A stretch of 64,000 nt of DNA from Bdellovibrionota bacterium (GTDB lineage: Bacteria > Bdellovibrionota > UBA2428): positions 299,863 through 363,862 of the forward strand of contig JBIKUK010000001.1 of assembly GCA_044347615.1 (NCBI GenBank), given 5' to 3'. Both the position numbers and the translations under genes were made by a program. Of the stretch, positions 1 to 11,337 are shown one piece after another. The stretch's first letter is position 1. The number at the start of each line of letters is the position of its first letter. The notes under the pieces are model-generated. The model saw only the letters and a list, made by a program, of their open reading frames with translations, searched no databases and was not told where the DNA came from.

Positions 1-2286
1 TTTGCAATGTAAAGATTTAAGCTTTGTCCCATGTCGATCCATTTTTGGCGGCGACTTGCGCAGTCAATTAACCATTGTGGAGCTACGTCGAAAGCTGTTT
101 TGTAGAGAGACTTGAGGTTTGCAGGGATACTTGTAATAGGCTCGAGATTTCCATCGTATCTCTTGAGTTCGGAAATCATTTCTTGATTCCACAATCCAAC
201 AGCCTTTAAATCTTCTACAAGATACGGATTGATCACAGTGAATTCACCCGACATGTTGCTTTTTACAAATAAGTTTTTATAAGTAGGTTCAATAGACTGA
301 GTTGTTCCCGCAATGTTTGAGATTGTTGCTGTCGGAGCAATCGCCATACAGTTACTGTTTCTCATTCCATTTTGCTTGATCGCTGCACGAACAGGTGACC
401 AGTCAAGTTTAGCCTTGCTGTCCATATCGACTTTGTCTGCTCCACGCTCTTCGCTGACGATCTTGATCGAATCTACAGGAAGAATTCCCTTGTCCCAGAG
501 AGATCCTTTGAAGCTTGCGTAAGATCCACGTTCTTTTGCAAGTTCTGTAGAAGCAAGAATCGCGTAGTAAGAAATTAATTCCATGCTCTCATCTGCGAAG
601 TCTACAGCTTGAACGCTATCGTAAGGAATTCTCATCATGTAGAGAGCGTCTTGGAATCCCATAAGGCCAAGACCTACTGGGCGATGTTTTAAGTTTGAAT
701 TTTTTGATTCAGGAATAGGGTAGTGATTTTGATCGATCACGTTATCAAGCATGCGCATTGCAACTGTGACAGTGCGAGCGACCTTTTCACGATCCAATCC
801 CTTTCCAGGAATCATATGATTTTGAAGATTCACAGAACCCAGGTTACACACAGCGATTTCATCTTTGTTTGTATTCAAAAGAATCTCAGTGCAGAGGTTT
901 GAACTGTGAACAACTCCTACGTGCCCTTGAGGAGAGCGAAGGTTTGAAGGATCTTTGAAAGTGATCCAAGGGTGACCTGTTTCGAAAAGCATAGAAAGCA
1001 TTTTGCGCCAAACTTTGACGGCTTCTACTTTGCGGAAATTTCCGATTTCACCACGAGCTGCTTTGGCTTCATATTCAACGTAAGCTTTTTCGAAAGCTTT
1101 GCCGTAGAGATCGTGCAAGTCAGGAGTTTCTTCTGGAGAGAAGAGCGTCCATTCTGCATTGGCTTCTACTCGCTTCATGAACAAATCTGGAATCCAGTTT
1201 GCAGTGTTCATGTCGTGGCAACGGCGACGATCGTCACCTGTGTTTTTTCGAAGCTCGAGATACTCTTCAATATCGATGTGCCATGTTTCGAGATAAGAGC
1301 ACACTGCTCCTTTTCTCTTTCCACCTTGGTTCACCGCAATGGCTGTATCATTGGCAACTTTCAAAAACGGAATCACGCCTTGTGAGCTTCCGTTTGTTCC
1401 TTTGATGTGAGCGCCAAGTCCGCGCACAGGTGTCCAGTCGTTTCCAAGTCCACCAGAGAACTTAGAAAGAAGGGCGTTGTCTCGGAGAGATTTGTAAATA
1501 TCTCCGAGGTCATCAGGAATTGTTGTGAGGAAGCAAGAAGAGAGTTGGGGGTAGAGGGTTCCAGAGTTGAAGAGGGTAGGGGTTGAAGAAACGTAATCAA
1601 AAGAAGAGAGCAAATCGTAGAATTCAATCGCACGTTTTGTTCTTTCTTCTTTTGTCTTTTCAATAAGAGCAAGGCCCATACCTACACGCATCCAAAACAC
1701 TTGAGGCAATTCGATACGACGGCCTTTTACGTGAATGAAGTAACGATCGTAAAGAGTTTGAAGGCCAAGGAAGCTGAATTTCTCATCGCGCTCAGGCTTG
1801 AGGGCTGCAGCGATTTGATCGAGAGAGAATTCAGTTTTGAGACGTGGATCAAGGCGACCTTCTTGAATTCCAAGATCTAGGTAAACAGGAAGGTACTGAG
1901 TGTAAGCTTCTTTTCTTTCTGAAATTGTGACGAAATGTCCGAGGACTTCATCAAAAGTAACTTGCAAAAGAAGACGTGCTGTTACGAAAGAGTAGGCTGG
2001 ATCGCGCTCGATAAAAGCACGTGTTGCCATAATGGCCGCTTGCATGAGACTTTTCTTAGGCATTCCTTCGTAAAGGGCCTTGAGGGTTTCGTTTAAAACA
2101 AGGTTGACGTCGACTTCTTTGGAAAAGCCAGTGGCTGCTTCTTGGATAATCTGACGAACCTTTCCTTCGTTAAAAGGAACAACGCTTCCGTCGTCTAAGG
2201 TGATGGTCTTGATGGTGCCTGAAAACCCCTCTGTTTGAGGTTTTTCGTTTTCAAGGGTAAAAGAATTCTGCGTGTCCAACGACATC
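1..2286 (-). CDS. nrdA: ribonucleoside-diphosphate reductase catalytic (alpha) subunit; about 760 N-terminal codons present, 3' end runs off the window
   Basis: Own minus-strand translation: ATG at 2286-2284 preceded by AGGAG; motifs [52 protein letters not shown]. Absent from the ORF track because there is no in-frame stop inside the window. Class (Ia vs other) not resolved. Confidence 0.85.
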
Positions 2287-2423
2287 GTTATTGTCTCCTC
2301 TTTCTTAAAGGTGTCTAAATTTTTCTTGGGGAACCTGGTTTGCTGTTGGCTTCTCCCCGTTGATTAGTTACAACAGCTACCGGTCCACTTGGGCCCTTTT
2401 TCAAGGGCTCTGAAATCAGAGTC

Positions 2424-2470
2424 ACACAACATATAGACGGATTCAAGGTCACATATGGCCATATATTGTA
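2424..2470 (-). promoter_or_regulatory. candidate NrdR-box-like palindrome pair overlapping a TACAAT -10 element upstream of nrdA
   Basis: Two AT-rich palindromic elements (acacaacatatag at about 2424-2436 and ccatatattgta at about 2459-2470) spaced about three helical turns apart and resembling the NrdR box consensus; the second overlaps a TACAAT hexamer on the nrdA strand. Confidence 0.3.
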
Positions 2471-3579
2471 ATTTTTAAAAAAAAATCTAAAAAGCCTCTA
2501 AACGCGCCGCTTGCAAAAAAGAGCCGATAACACGCCGCGACTTCTGCCCAAATTTTGCATTTTGAGCAAGCAATTTTTTATGGCCTCGCGTAATTTGACA
2601 CCTTCTTTAATTGAAGTTCCGTTGACAGATTTGTCGAAAAATTCTTTGAGGATTTTGTTTTAATTTCTTCCTAGCTACTTAGAATACTTCAAAGAAACGA
2701 GTCGCAAAAAGCGCAGGCATTTATCAGAGAAAGAGTCGGTGCTACTGGAGGCAGAAGCTAAACTTTTTCTTGCGTCTCTTTGGTGAAGATCATTTCCTTT
2801 GATTAATTCACGGGTTTTTGCTGGAAGATCTTCTTTTGTACGAGAAAGCCAATTGTTGATTGATCTAAATTCTTTTTCTAAGAATTTATTCGTATATTTG
2901 ATGGCTTCTTCGTATTCATCACTATCATTTTTAGGATTTCTTGCGAGAGTTTCTAGCAAACAAAGTAGGGCCTCAGGGTGGGCTTTGAGTGCTTCATGTC
3001 CGTATTGTGCAAGCAGGTCAAACCCCCAATAATTAATTTCAGAGGATAAGAAGTTTAAAGCGGGTCTGAGTCGGGATTCTAACGGTGGGTAGTTAAAGTT
3101 GAGCTGAGGATTAGTTAAACAGAGCAGAGAATTCCGCGAAAAGCGAAGCTAAGCTGCTCCACGAGAGCCGATAGCTTTTCAAAGAATTCGAGTGGCGAGA
3201 AGACGGCGACAGTTGTTCCATTAGTCCATGGAGTTTTGAGGCGGTAGTGTATGTCACCGTTATTTGCTTAGGAGAGTCTTTATTCACTTACAGCAGGCCT
3301 GTCGGTGTAGCGAACTAATTGTTCGAGACTTGCTTTGTTGGTGCTCCAGGCGGAGACAGCTCTAGGCGGTCGTTTTGTTTGGGGTGCTAACGACAGCGCA
3401 AGTGCCGCCTGCACTGCTAGGAATTCAAACGGACAACCTTCATTTACAAACATAAAGATTTTTATGCTGGAGAACTATAAACTCAAAGTGGTCCGTTCCT
3501 AAAAGGGGAGAAAATCTATATCTTTTTTCATAGCTGAAACTAATAGGGTTTCGGTATTCTTAGATCTTTTATTAATAGC

Positions 3580-4653
3580 CTAAGTGAGTCTACTCTTTTC
3601 AACTACTTTATCAATCCAATAAGAATAAGTATCAAGAACTTTATTTTTAGAAAATTTCTTAGCTTGAATCAGTCCTTTTTCTTCATATTTTTTCCTTAAA
3701 TCAGCGTCTGTTAAAAATTTAACCAAAGCTTCTTTAAATTCAGAATCCTTAACAAGCACTCCAGCATCCCCAACAACTCGAATCAAACCCTCATTATCCA
3801 AATTTTCGGTAGCAAGTACCGGCAAGCCACAATTCATAGCTTCCAAATAAGGACGACCAAAACCCTCATATAAAGAAGGATATGCAAAAACCCAAGACTC
3901 TGAGAAAAACTTTAACAACTTTTCTTTATCGACATTTAAGAAAAATTCAACATTTGGATGTTTTGGACAAAAATCTGAAACCATTATCAGTCTAGCATCT
4001 GGGATTTCGAGTAAAACCTCCTCAGTAAATCGTTCAAACAAAAACTTTCCCCTTTTTCTACCATGCCATGTCCCCACAAATAGAACAGTAGGGTTTTGAG
4101 CTTTTATTGAAGAAGGTTTAAAATCTTCTTCAATTACAATATTATCTACAACAGCATCTGCCTTATAAATTTTTGATGAATTTATACCACTACATAGAAC
4201 ACAATCAGCTAACCTAGAGGATAACTTCTCGAAATAAGTAATAACTTTTTGTGAAATCTTTCTTTTAAAAGAGGTAGCATATCTGGACTCGTAAAATGCT
4301 GATCCTTGAAAAATACGAATTGATTTAATTTGTCGTCTAAAAAAAAACCAATCATCCCCTGTGAGAATTATAACATCATAATTTTTAAAGTTTAGAAAAT
4401 TAAGAGAAACTGGCAAAATTAATAAACGGAAAAATTTATCTGGTAATATTTTTGAAAGTCTATAAAATATTTTTTTCGTTTTAAAAGTAAAAACTTCGGA
4501 ACCTCCAAAAATATAATAAAATGTCACGTTATAGCCAATGTTTTGTAAGCTAGAAGCGAGTGTAAGATTAGCTATATCCACTCCTCCAACCCTCTTCCCA
4601 TTAACAAATGGAAGCGCTGAACCAAAGAAAGCAACTTTTATACAATCTTTCAT
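3580..4653 (-). CDS. family 1 (GT4-like) glycosyltransferase
   Basis: 357-aa ORF; C-terminal EGFGRPYLEAMNCGLPVLAT motif (E-x7-E type) typical of retaining GT-B glycosyltransferases; markedly AT-rich compared with neighbours. Confidence 0.8.
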   Translation of the reverse strand: MKDCIKVAFFGSALPFVNGKRVGGVDIANLTLASSLQNIGYNVTFYYIFGGSEVFTFKTKKIFYRLSKILPDKFFRLLILPVSLNFLNFKNYDVIILTGDDWFFFRRQIKSIRIFQGSAFYESRYATSFKRKISQKVITYFEKLSSRLADCVLCSGINSSKIYKADAVVDNIVIEEDFKPSSIKAQNPTVLFVGTWHGRKRGKFLFERFTEEVLLEIPDARLIMVSDFCPKHPNVEFFLNVDKEKLLKFFSESWVFAYPSLYEGFGRPYLEAMNCGLPVLATENLDNEGLIRVVGDAGVLVKDSEFKEALVKFLTDADLRKKYEEKGLIQAKKFSKNKVLDTYSYWIDKVVEKSRLT

Positions 4654-4774
4654 TTTAACACCGTTTTTATAAGTCTATAATATCGCAGGTGACATTGATT
4701 TCCTTGAAAGAAAATAAAAATTATTACAGCTACAACCGGAATATTTTAAAAGAGTGTCGTAGAAAGCCCAGACT

Positions 4775-4848
4775 TGGAGGCGGCACCCGGATTTGAACCG
4801 GGGGTGAAGCTTTTGCAGAGCCTTGCCTTACCACTTGGCTATGCCGCC
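4775..4848 (-). tRNA. tRNA-Cys (anticodon GCA), CCA encoded
   Basis: Minus strand reads GGCGGCA-TA-GCC..GGC-A-AGGCT-CTGCAAA-AGCTT-CACC-CCCGG-TTCAAAT-CCGGG-TGCCGCC-T-CCA: 7-bp acceptor stem, 5-bp anticodon stem with GCA at positions 34-36, T-arm with TTCAAAT loop. Confidence 0.9.
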
Positions 4849-4952
4849 TTTGTTAATTGAGAGCCTCTTTATACCCTAATGGCTCCCTCACACAATCTCA
4901 ACACCTCTTTAAATGCAAAATTGCTGCAAATTTGGCTATGATTGCAAAGCTT

Positions 4953-4983
4953 CCCTTGACTTCTGCCATGCGAATCCCCAGAT
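4953..4983 (+). promoter_or_regulatory. sigma-32 (RpoH)-type heat-shock promoter candidate
   Basis: CCCTTGAC (4953-4960), 15-nt spacer, CCCCAGAT (4976-4983); matches the CCCTTGAA-N13-15-CCCCATNT consensus at 7/8 + 7/8; lies just upstream of the fmdB-like ORF and groES-groEL. Confidence 0.45.
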
Positions 4984-4999
4984 TCAATATGCCGTACGT

Positions 5000-5317
5000 A
5001 TGATTTACGAGTACAAATGCCAAGACTGTGGCCAAATTAACGAATTTTGGATGAAGATCTCCGATCCTTCTCCAACAGAGTGCCCTAGTTGTAAGGGTCC
5101 TAAATTAGAACGTATTATTTCTAAAACATCATTCGCTCTGAAAGGGACAGGATGGTACACCTCTGACTATAAGAGAGCAGGAACGTCTGCTCCGACTTCA
5201 ATAAGCTCTACAGCGTCTTCAGCTGCGGATTGTTGTGCGGGAGCATCTTGCGGGAGTTCATCACAGAGCTCAACAGGCAGTTCAACAACGAGTTCTTCAA
5301 AAGGGGACGCAAGTTGA
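5000..5317 (+). CDS. FmdB-family zinc-ribbon protein (CxxC...CxxC) with Ser/Thr/Cys-rich low-complexity tail
   Basis: Internal ATG at 5000 gives MIYEYKCQDCGQ...ECPSCKG, the typical N-terminus of FmdB-family zinc ribbons. The track ORF starts at 4913, but that extension would contain the sigma-32-like promoter, so the shorter start is preferred. Confidence 0.65.
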   Translation: MIYEYKCQDCGQINEFWMKISDPSPTECPSCKGPKLERIISKTSFALKGTGWYTSDYKRAGTSAPTSISSTASSAADCCAGASCGSSSQSSTGSSTTSSSKGDAS

Positions 5318-5416
5318 AAATGAAATTTGGAAAACAGATTTGCCTAGAGGCAGATCTTTATAAACAGAGCGCTGAAAAAACTTCTCAGTGCCTGTTAAAA
5401 ATTTAAGGAGGAAGTT

Positions 5417-5704
5417 ATGGCAATAAGACCACTTCATGATCGTTTACTTGTAAAAAGACTTGATGAAGAAACTAAAACAAAAGGTGGAATCATCATCCCT
5501 GATAGCGCAAAAGAAAAACCACTCGAAGGTGCTGTTGTCGCTGTAGGCAAAGGAAAGCTCAGCAACGAAGGAAAAGTTACTCCTCTTGATGTAAGAGCAG
5601 GAGATAAAATTCTTTTCGGAAAATACGCTGGAACAGAAGTTAAAATTGATGGAACTGAGCATCTTATTCTTCGTGAAGAAGATGTCCTCGCTATTATAGA
5701 TTAA
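5417..5704 (+). CDS. groES: co-chaperonin GroES
   Basis: 95 aa, [14 protein letters not shown]...[13 protein letters not shown]; AAGGAGG ribosome-binding site 7 nt upstream. Confidence 0.97.
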   Translation: MAIRPLHDRLLVKRLDEETKTKGGIIIPDSAKEKPLEGAVVAVGKGKLSNEGKVTPLDVRAGDKILFGKYAGTEVKIDGTEHLILREEDVLAIID

Positions 5705-7381
<1,677 letters not shown>

Positions 7382-7413
7382 GTCGAACAGCCAAAATATT
7401 GTTCTCCAAAAAA

Positions 7414-7446
7414 CCCTCGGTCTCGAAAGAGATCGGGGGTTTTTCA
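7414..7446 (+). terminator. rho-independent terminator after groEL
   Basis: ccctcggtctc-gaaa-gagatcggggg stem (about 11 bp with G-U pairs, GNRA loop) followed by a T-run. Confidence 0.7.
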
Positions 7447-7526
7447 TTTTCATAAAGACTAATCTTTCGCAAGACTTAACTAAAAATTAATAAAAATCTC
7501 TCACTGATCTGTCATCCTTTAAAGAG

Positions 7527-9374
7527 GTGCAGTCTGTGGGCTACTTTGGAAGAAATTTTTTTTCTCTTTTATTTATGAGCTTTTTTTTGCAGTCTTGTTT
7601 GGTTCAGCAAGCACCTGAAAGAGGAATGACTTCACCAGGAAATAATTCAACCCCAAATCAGACAAACACTCTAGGGCTTTGGAGTCGAAGCCCTGTTCAA
7701 AGCGCTGGATATTTAGTTGATGCAGGTGATAATTTAGAAATATTAAACAGGCAAAGTGTAGTTTTGTACGATCTGTTGAGTTCAAATGGAAATCTAAATG
7801 GATCGACGGTGAATGTTTATTATTCTCCTAACGACAAGAATTCCCCTCGTTTGAATGCCTATGGTTCAAGTAAAATCCCTTGGAGTAATAAAGATTTTCA
7901 AGCTTACATGGTTTATGCGCATACAAGTGGTGCCTATAGATATATTCAGTCGCTTTTTCCAGATATTAAATTTGAGGTAAACGGAAAGAATCTTTTTCCT
8001 GTTCCTGCTTTTGCTCTCGTAAAGGGATCTCCTTTTGAGACCGGGTATATAGTTAATTATTCGAGTTCTCAATTGGGAGCTCTTATGTTTTATGGAGAAG
8101 ATGACCCGAGTTTTCCGTACAATGTGAGTGATGAAGCAGACGTGATTTATCATGAAGTTGCTCATTCTTTTCAGCATGTTTTAAATCCAAGCGTTATGGA
8201 AACTCCAGGGTATTACGATATGGATATGCTGCTTGAAGCTCTTGCAGATTTTTTTGCTGCGAGCGCCCTAAGAGACGACAAGATTTTACTTTACTTAGAA
8301 GCAAATTCTCCATCTTATGGTGCAGATCGAAACGGATCTAATCAAATAAGACGACTCGATGGAAGTCTTTCTTTTCCCAAATCATATGTTGGAGAATACC
8401 ACTTGGATGGTCGAGTGATTGCAAGTGCTCTAAATGATGTGCGTAAATATCTAACGAATCAAATTGTTATTGTTTCGCAACCAACGAGCAAGTCGCTTCG
8501 GTGGTTAGCTTCAAAGCCGCTTACCACGAGTCAAGCTTTTGATAAGGTATTGGTTTCTTCTCATGAGGCGCTAAGGGTAATGCTTCCTACATCTACAGTT
8601 TTATTTTTCACTCAAAAATTTTTAGATAATTTAATGGAGGGTGATTGGAGTGTTTATTGTGGAGTTGATTTAAGTTGCGAGAATCGATTAAGAAGCGATG
8701 TCATTTCTATTTTAGTTTCAAGAGGCATATATAAATCGTCAAACGATCTGAGATCTAAATCTTTTAGTGTGGGTTTGTTGGATGATATGGGTATTAACCC
8801 TTCTGGTGCCGAGATTATATTTGATAAAACCCTTAAGTTTTTTCCGCTTTCTCCTTCAAATGGGTACTCAAATGTAGATGCTTCTGTCGATAAGTGTGAA
8901 GCTCTTTTGGTGACACCGAATTTTTATTTAGCCTCAGGAGTCGCTCATTCTGTTTATGATACGTTGTTTAGATTGAAATCCTCTCTGGGATTGTCCTCTT
9001 ATCGAAGCATTGACCTTTTAAGTGCTTCCTCAACGAGTTCTGCAAAAACTTTAAAGCTTTTTGGATTCATACTTCCAGGTGAAGATACGTTTGAAGCGAT
9101 TACAAGCAATCGTTTTTACGATGATCATCAAGGAAGTCACTTAACGTCTACGTCGTTAAGCCCAGAAAATCCATCTGCCTTGGGGTGGGCTGCTCGCGCG
9201 CCAGCAGTTTTGTATCCAAATGATCGATCAAATACAGGTCGGGGAGCTATCACTTACGAAATGAGTTTTAGACCCTTTGAATTGTTAAATGCGCCAAATT
9301 CTGTTTATTCAGTATTGAACATAACTCAATCGGTATATGTTTCTGGTACAGCTAATTTTTGCTCAAAGAACTAA
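7527..9374 (+). CDS. putative secreted zinc metallopeptidase (HExxH), probable lipoprotein
   Basis: 615-aa ORF with GTG start; N-terminal hydrophobic segment ending in LQSC (lipobox-like); HEVAH motif in DVIYHEVAHSFQHV. Family not assignable by eye. Confidence 0.55.
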   Translation: MQSVGYFGRNFFSLLFMSFFLQSCLVQQAPERGMTSPGNNSTPNQTNTLGLWSRSPVQSAGYLVDAGDNLEILNRQSVVLYDLLSSNGNLNGSTVNVYYSPNDKNSPRLNAYGSSKIPWSNKDFQAYMVYAHTSGAYRYIQSLFPDIKFEVNGKNLFPVPAFALVKGSPFETGYIVNYSSSQLGALMFYGEDDPSFPYNVSDEADVIYHEVAHSFQHVLNPSVMETPGYYDMDMLLEALADFFAASALRDDKILLYLEANSPSYGADRNGSNQIRRLDGSLSFPKSYVGEYHLDGRVIASALNDVRKYLTNQIVIVSQPTSKSLRWLASKPLTTSQAFDKVLVSSHEALRVMLPTSTVLFFTQKFLDNLMEGDWSVYCGVDLSCENRLRSDVISILVSRGIYKSSNDLRSKSFSVGLLDDMGINPSGAEIIFDKTLKFFPLSPSNGYSNVDASVDKCEALLVTPNFYLASGVAHSVYDTLFRLKSSLGLSSYRSIDLLSASSTSSAKTLKLFGFILPGEDTFEAITSNRFYDDHQGSHLTSTSLSPENPSALGWAARAPAVLYPNDRSNTGRGAITYEMSFRPFELLNAPNSVYSVLNITQSVYVSGTANFCSKN

Positions 9375-11336
9375 CTAATTTTTCAAAAGATCTTTTATTC
9401 TGTGGAACGTTAAACCTTTTGATTTTAAAGCAAGCCACATTGAAAGAGCAAAACTTGTAAGAATATTTCCTATAAGTATGAATAAAACCCCCGAAACACA
9501 TGAAAAAAAAAGACTTGGGGTGATGTCTTGGTAAGGAAGGCTGGCAAGAGCAAGAGTCAAGGATCCGGCAGAAAGAGTGACGTGTCTGACTTCAAGAGGG
9601 AGTCCGAATATTTTTCCAAATATAGGCGAAAAGGCAAGTAATATTCCTAGTGCTATATTAGCAACAACGCTTGCCAAGTTTTTTTCAAGCCAAAGACTCA
9701 ATTTTTTTCTTCGTTCAAGACTTAAAAAACTTTCCACCAAAAAAGAATCAGATAAAAGTTGCGGAACTCCTCTGAAAATCATCCAATTCTCTACCCATCC
9801 ATGAATAATTCCCGTAGACGATAAAAAAACTCCAGTTAGTAAAGCGTAAAAAATTGTAAGGCTTTCAAAGGGATTGTGTGCTTTTACTAGAAGGATTGCA
9901 TCGTTTCGATCCATGAATTTTGTTTGAAAAATCAATTCCCATGCCAGAAGAAGAAAGTAGCATGTAGGGATAACAGCAGATATATTTCCAAGTGCCGCCA
10001 GGGCTTGTGACTTAAGTACGTTTTTTATTTCTTTTTTAAGTTCTAAAAAATTATTTTTCTTTTGGTTCATTCTTCTAGCTAAAGATGCAGCTGTCATGGC
10101 TGGTTGTTTTGTTGCAAGAGTCAAATGTAAGAATTGCATAAGAATAAAACTTCCAGAATAATTAAGAGCCGCAAAAAATCCTTGAAAGAAAAAAGCTGTA
10201 TTTAAATGATGAAGAATACTTTTAAAAAGTGTTGTGAAAGCTGTTACAAAACCCGCTCCAAGAGCAGCTTTAAAAAGGGTTAGGCTTTGACGGGAGTTTC
10301 GAGCAATGTAGTCATCTCCTTTTTCTCCAGCATGATCAACTATTTTTCTAGCTAAGAAATGAATATTTTCTTCTAAAAGAACACGAGTACTTCTTCTTTT
10401 TTGTTCGTCTAAAGTTAAAAGAGAAAAGAAATCCAAGTTTTTTGAATAGGATTTTTTATTTTCAGTAAAATAACAGAGGTTTACAAGAGAGTTGATTCTT
10501 TCCAGATACAATCCCAAAACTTCAATTTGATACACAAGGTCTGCGCTTAATCCTCCGCCTTCAAGATGATCAGATATTCCATTAAGATCGAGAAGGCATT
10601 TTTTGTAAATATCCAAAAATTCTTCTTTTATATTTTGTTGCTTTGAAGAATCTGAATAAGTTTTCAGGCCATATTCAAACTGGTGGAGGAACTTGTTAAG
10701 CTCTAAAAAAGGATGGTGATCATCGAGATTATTTGAAAAATTCCACCGAATATCTCTAATAAGAGGACTTTCAGAAATAATGAGAGCTTCAGCAGATAAA
10801 ATAACAAGAGAATCTATGATTTTTTTTGAAAATTTATCTTTTAAGAATTCAACACCCTTTTCTGAGCTTTGAAGTTTCGGGTCAAAGATCGTAAGGAAAG
10901 AGTTATATTCTTTCAAAGGTAAAGTTTGCAGAAATTGAGCATCGTATTCATTAGGAAAAATAAAAAAAAGGAGATCTTTAAAGTTAGGTCGTTTGGAATG
11001 TCTTGGAATTATTTTTTCAAGAATGCGAGAGCCTAGTTCTCTGATAAATCCATGAGGTTTAGAAAGTCCCGTTTGAGTTAGAAGTGAGTTAAAGTCAAAG
11101 CACTCAAGGATCCTGAGAAAAAGAAGGCTAAATTTTTTCTTTTGAGTTAAATCTTCATTTAAAAGGTTTAGAAAATTTTTTACTTTTTTGGGAGAAATTA
11201 ATTGGTTTTTTTTCGAAATAAAGGAATCTTCCCTTAAACTTTGTACGATCAAGTAAAGAACTCGCGCGCATTCAGTAGCGTTAAGCGTTTCAATTTTTTT
11301 GCTTTCTAAATTAAGGAGAGATTTTATTTCTTCCAT
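9375..11336 (-). CDS. hypothetical protein, soluble N-terminal half plus polytopic membrane C-terminal half
   Basis: 653-aa ORF; C-terminal about 280 aa contain several hydrophobic helices; its start lies 2 nt after the Slt stop, suggesting translational coupling. Confidence 0.55.
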   Translation of the reverse strand: MEEIKSLLNLESKKIETLNATECARVLYLIVQSLREDSFISKKNQLISPKKVKNFLNLLNEDLTQKKKFSLLFLRILECFDFNSLLTQTGLSKPHGFIRELGSRILEKIIPRHSKRPNFKDLLFFIFPNEYDAQFLQTLPLKEYNSFLTIFDPKLQSSEKGVEFLKDKFSKKIIDSLVILSAEALIISESPLIRDIRWNFSNNLDDHHPFLELNKFLHQFEYGLKTYSDSSKQQNIKEEFLDIYKKCLLDLNGISDHLEGGGLSADLVYQIEVLGLYLERINSLVNLCYFTENKKSYSKNLDFFSLLTLDEQKRRSTRVLLEENIHFLARKIVDHAGEKGDDYIARNSRQSLTLFKAALGAGFVTAFTTLFKSILHHLNTAFFFQGFFAALNYSGSFILMQFLHLTLATKQPAMTAASLARRMNQKKNNFLELKKEIKNVLKSQALAALGNISAVIPTCYFLLLAWELIFQTKFMDRNDAILLVKAHNPFESLTIFYALLTGVFLSSTGIIHGWVENWMIFRGVPQLLSDSFLVESFLSLERRKKLSLWLEKNLASVVANIALGILLAFSPIFGKIFGLPLEVRHVTLSAGSLTLALASLPYQDITPSLFFSCVSGVLFILIGNILTSFALSMWLALKSKGLTFHRIKDLLKN

Positions 11337-11337
11337 A

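Noticed and set aside
2960-3579. tmRNA (ssrA), RNase P RNA or SRP RNA in the GC-rich block
   Set aside because: No tRNA-like T-loop (GGTTCGA-type), no tag-peptide reading frame ending in an Ala-Ala stop, no P4-type GGAAAGTCCGG element (no CCGG in the block) and no SRP GGAAG domain IV motif on either strand. Left as an unassigned candidate structured element.
4913-4999. N-terminal extension of the fmdB-like ORF (track start 4913)
   Set aside because: FmdB-family proteins begin at the M-I-Y-E-Y-x-C motif (ATG at 5000), and the extension would contain the sigma-32-like promoter; treated as non-coding.
5366-5394. HrcA CIRCE operator upstream of groES
   Set aside because: Only a degenerate inverted repeat (AGCGCTG-N9-11-CAGTGCC), about 5/9 matches per half-site to TTAGCACTC-N9-GAGTGCTAA; too weak to call.
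9375-11336. Assigning the 653-aa membrane protein to a named family
   Set aside because: No diagnostic motif recognised by eye; a named family would be a guess.
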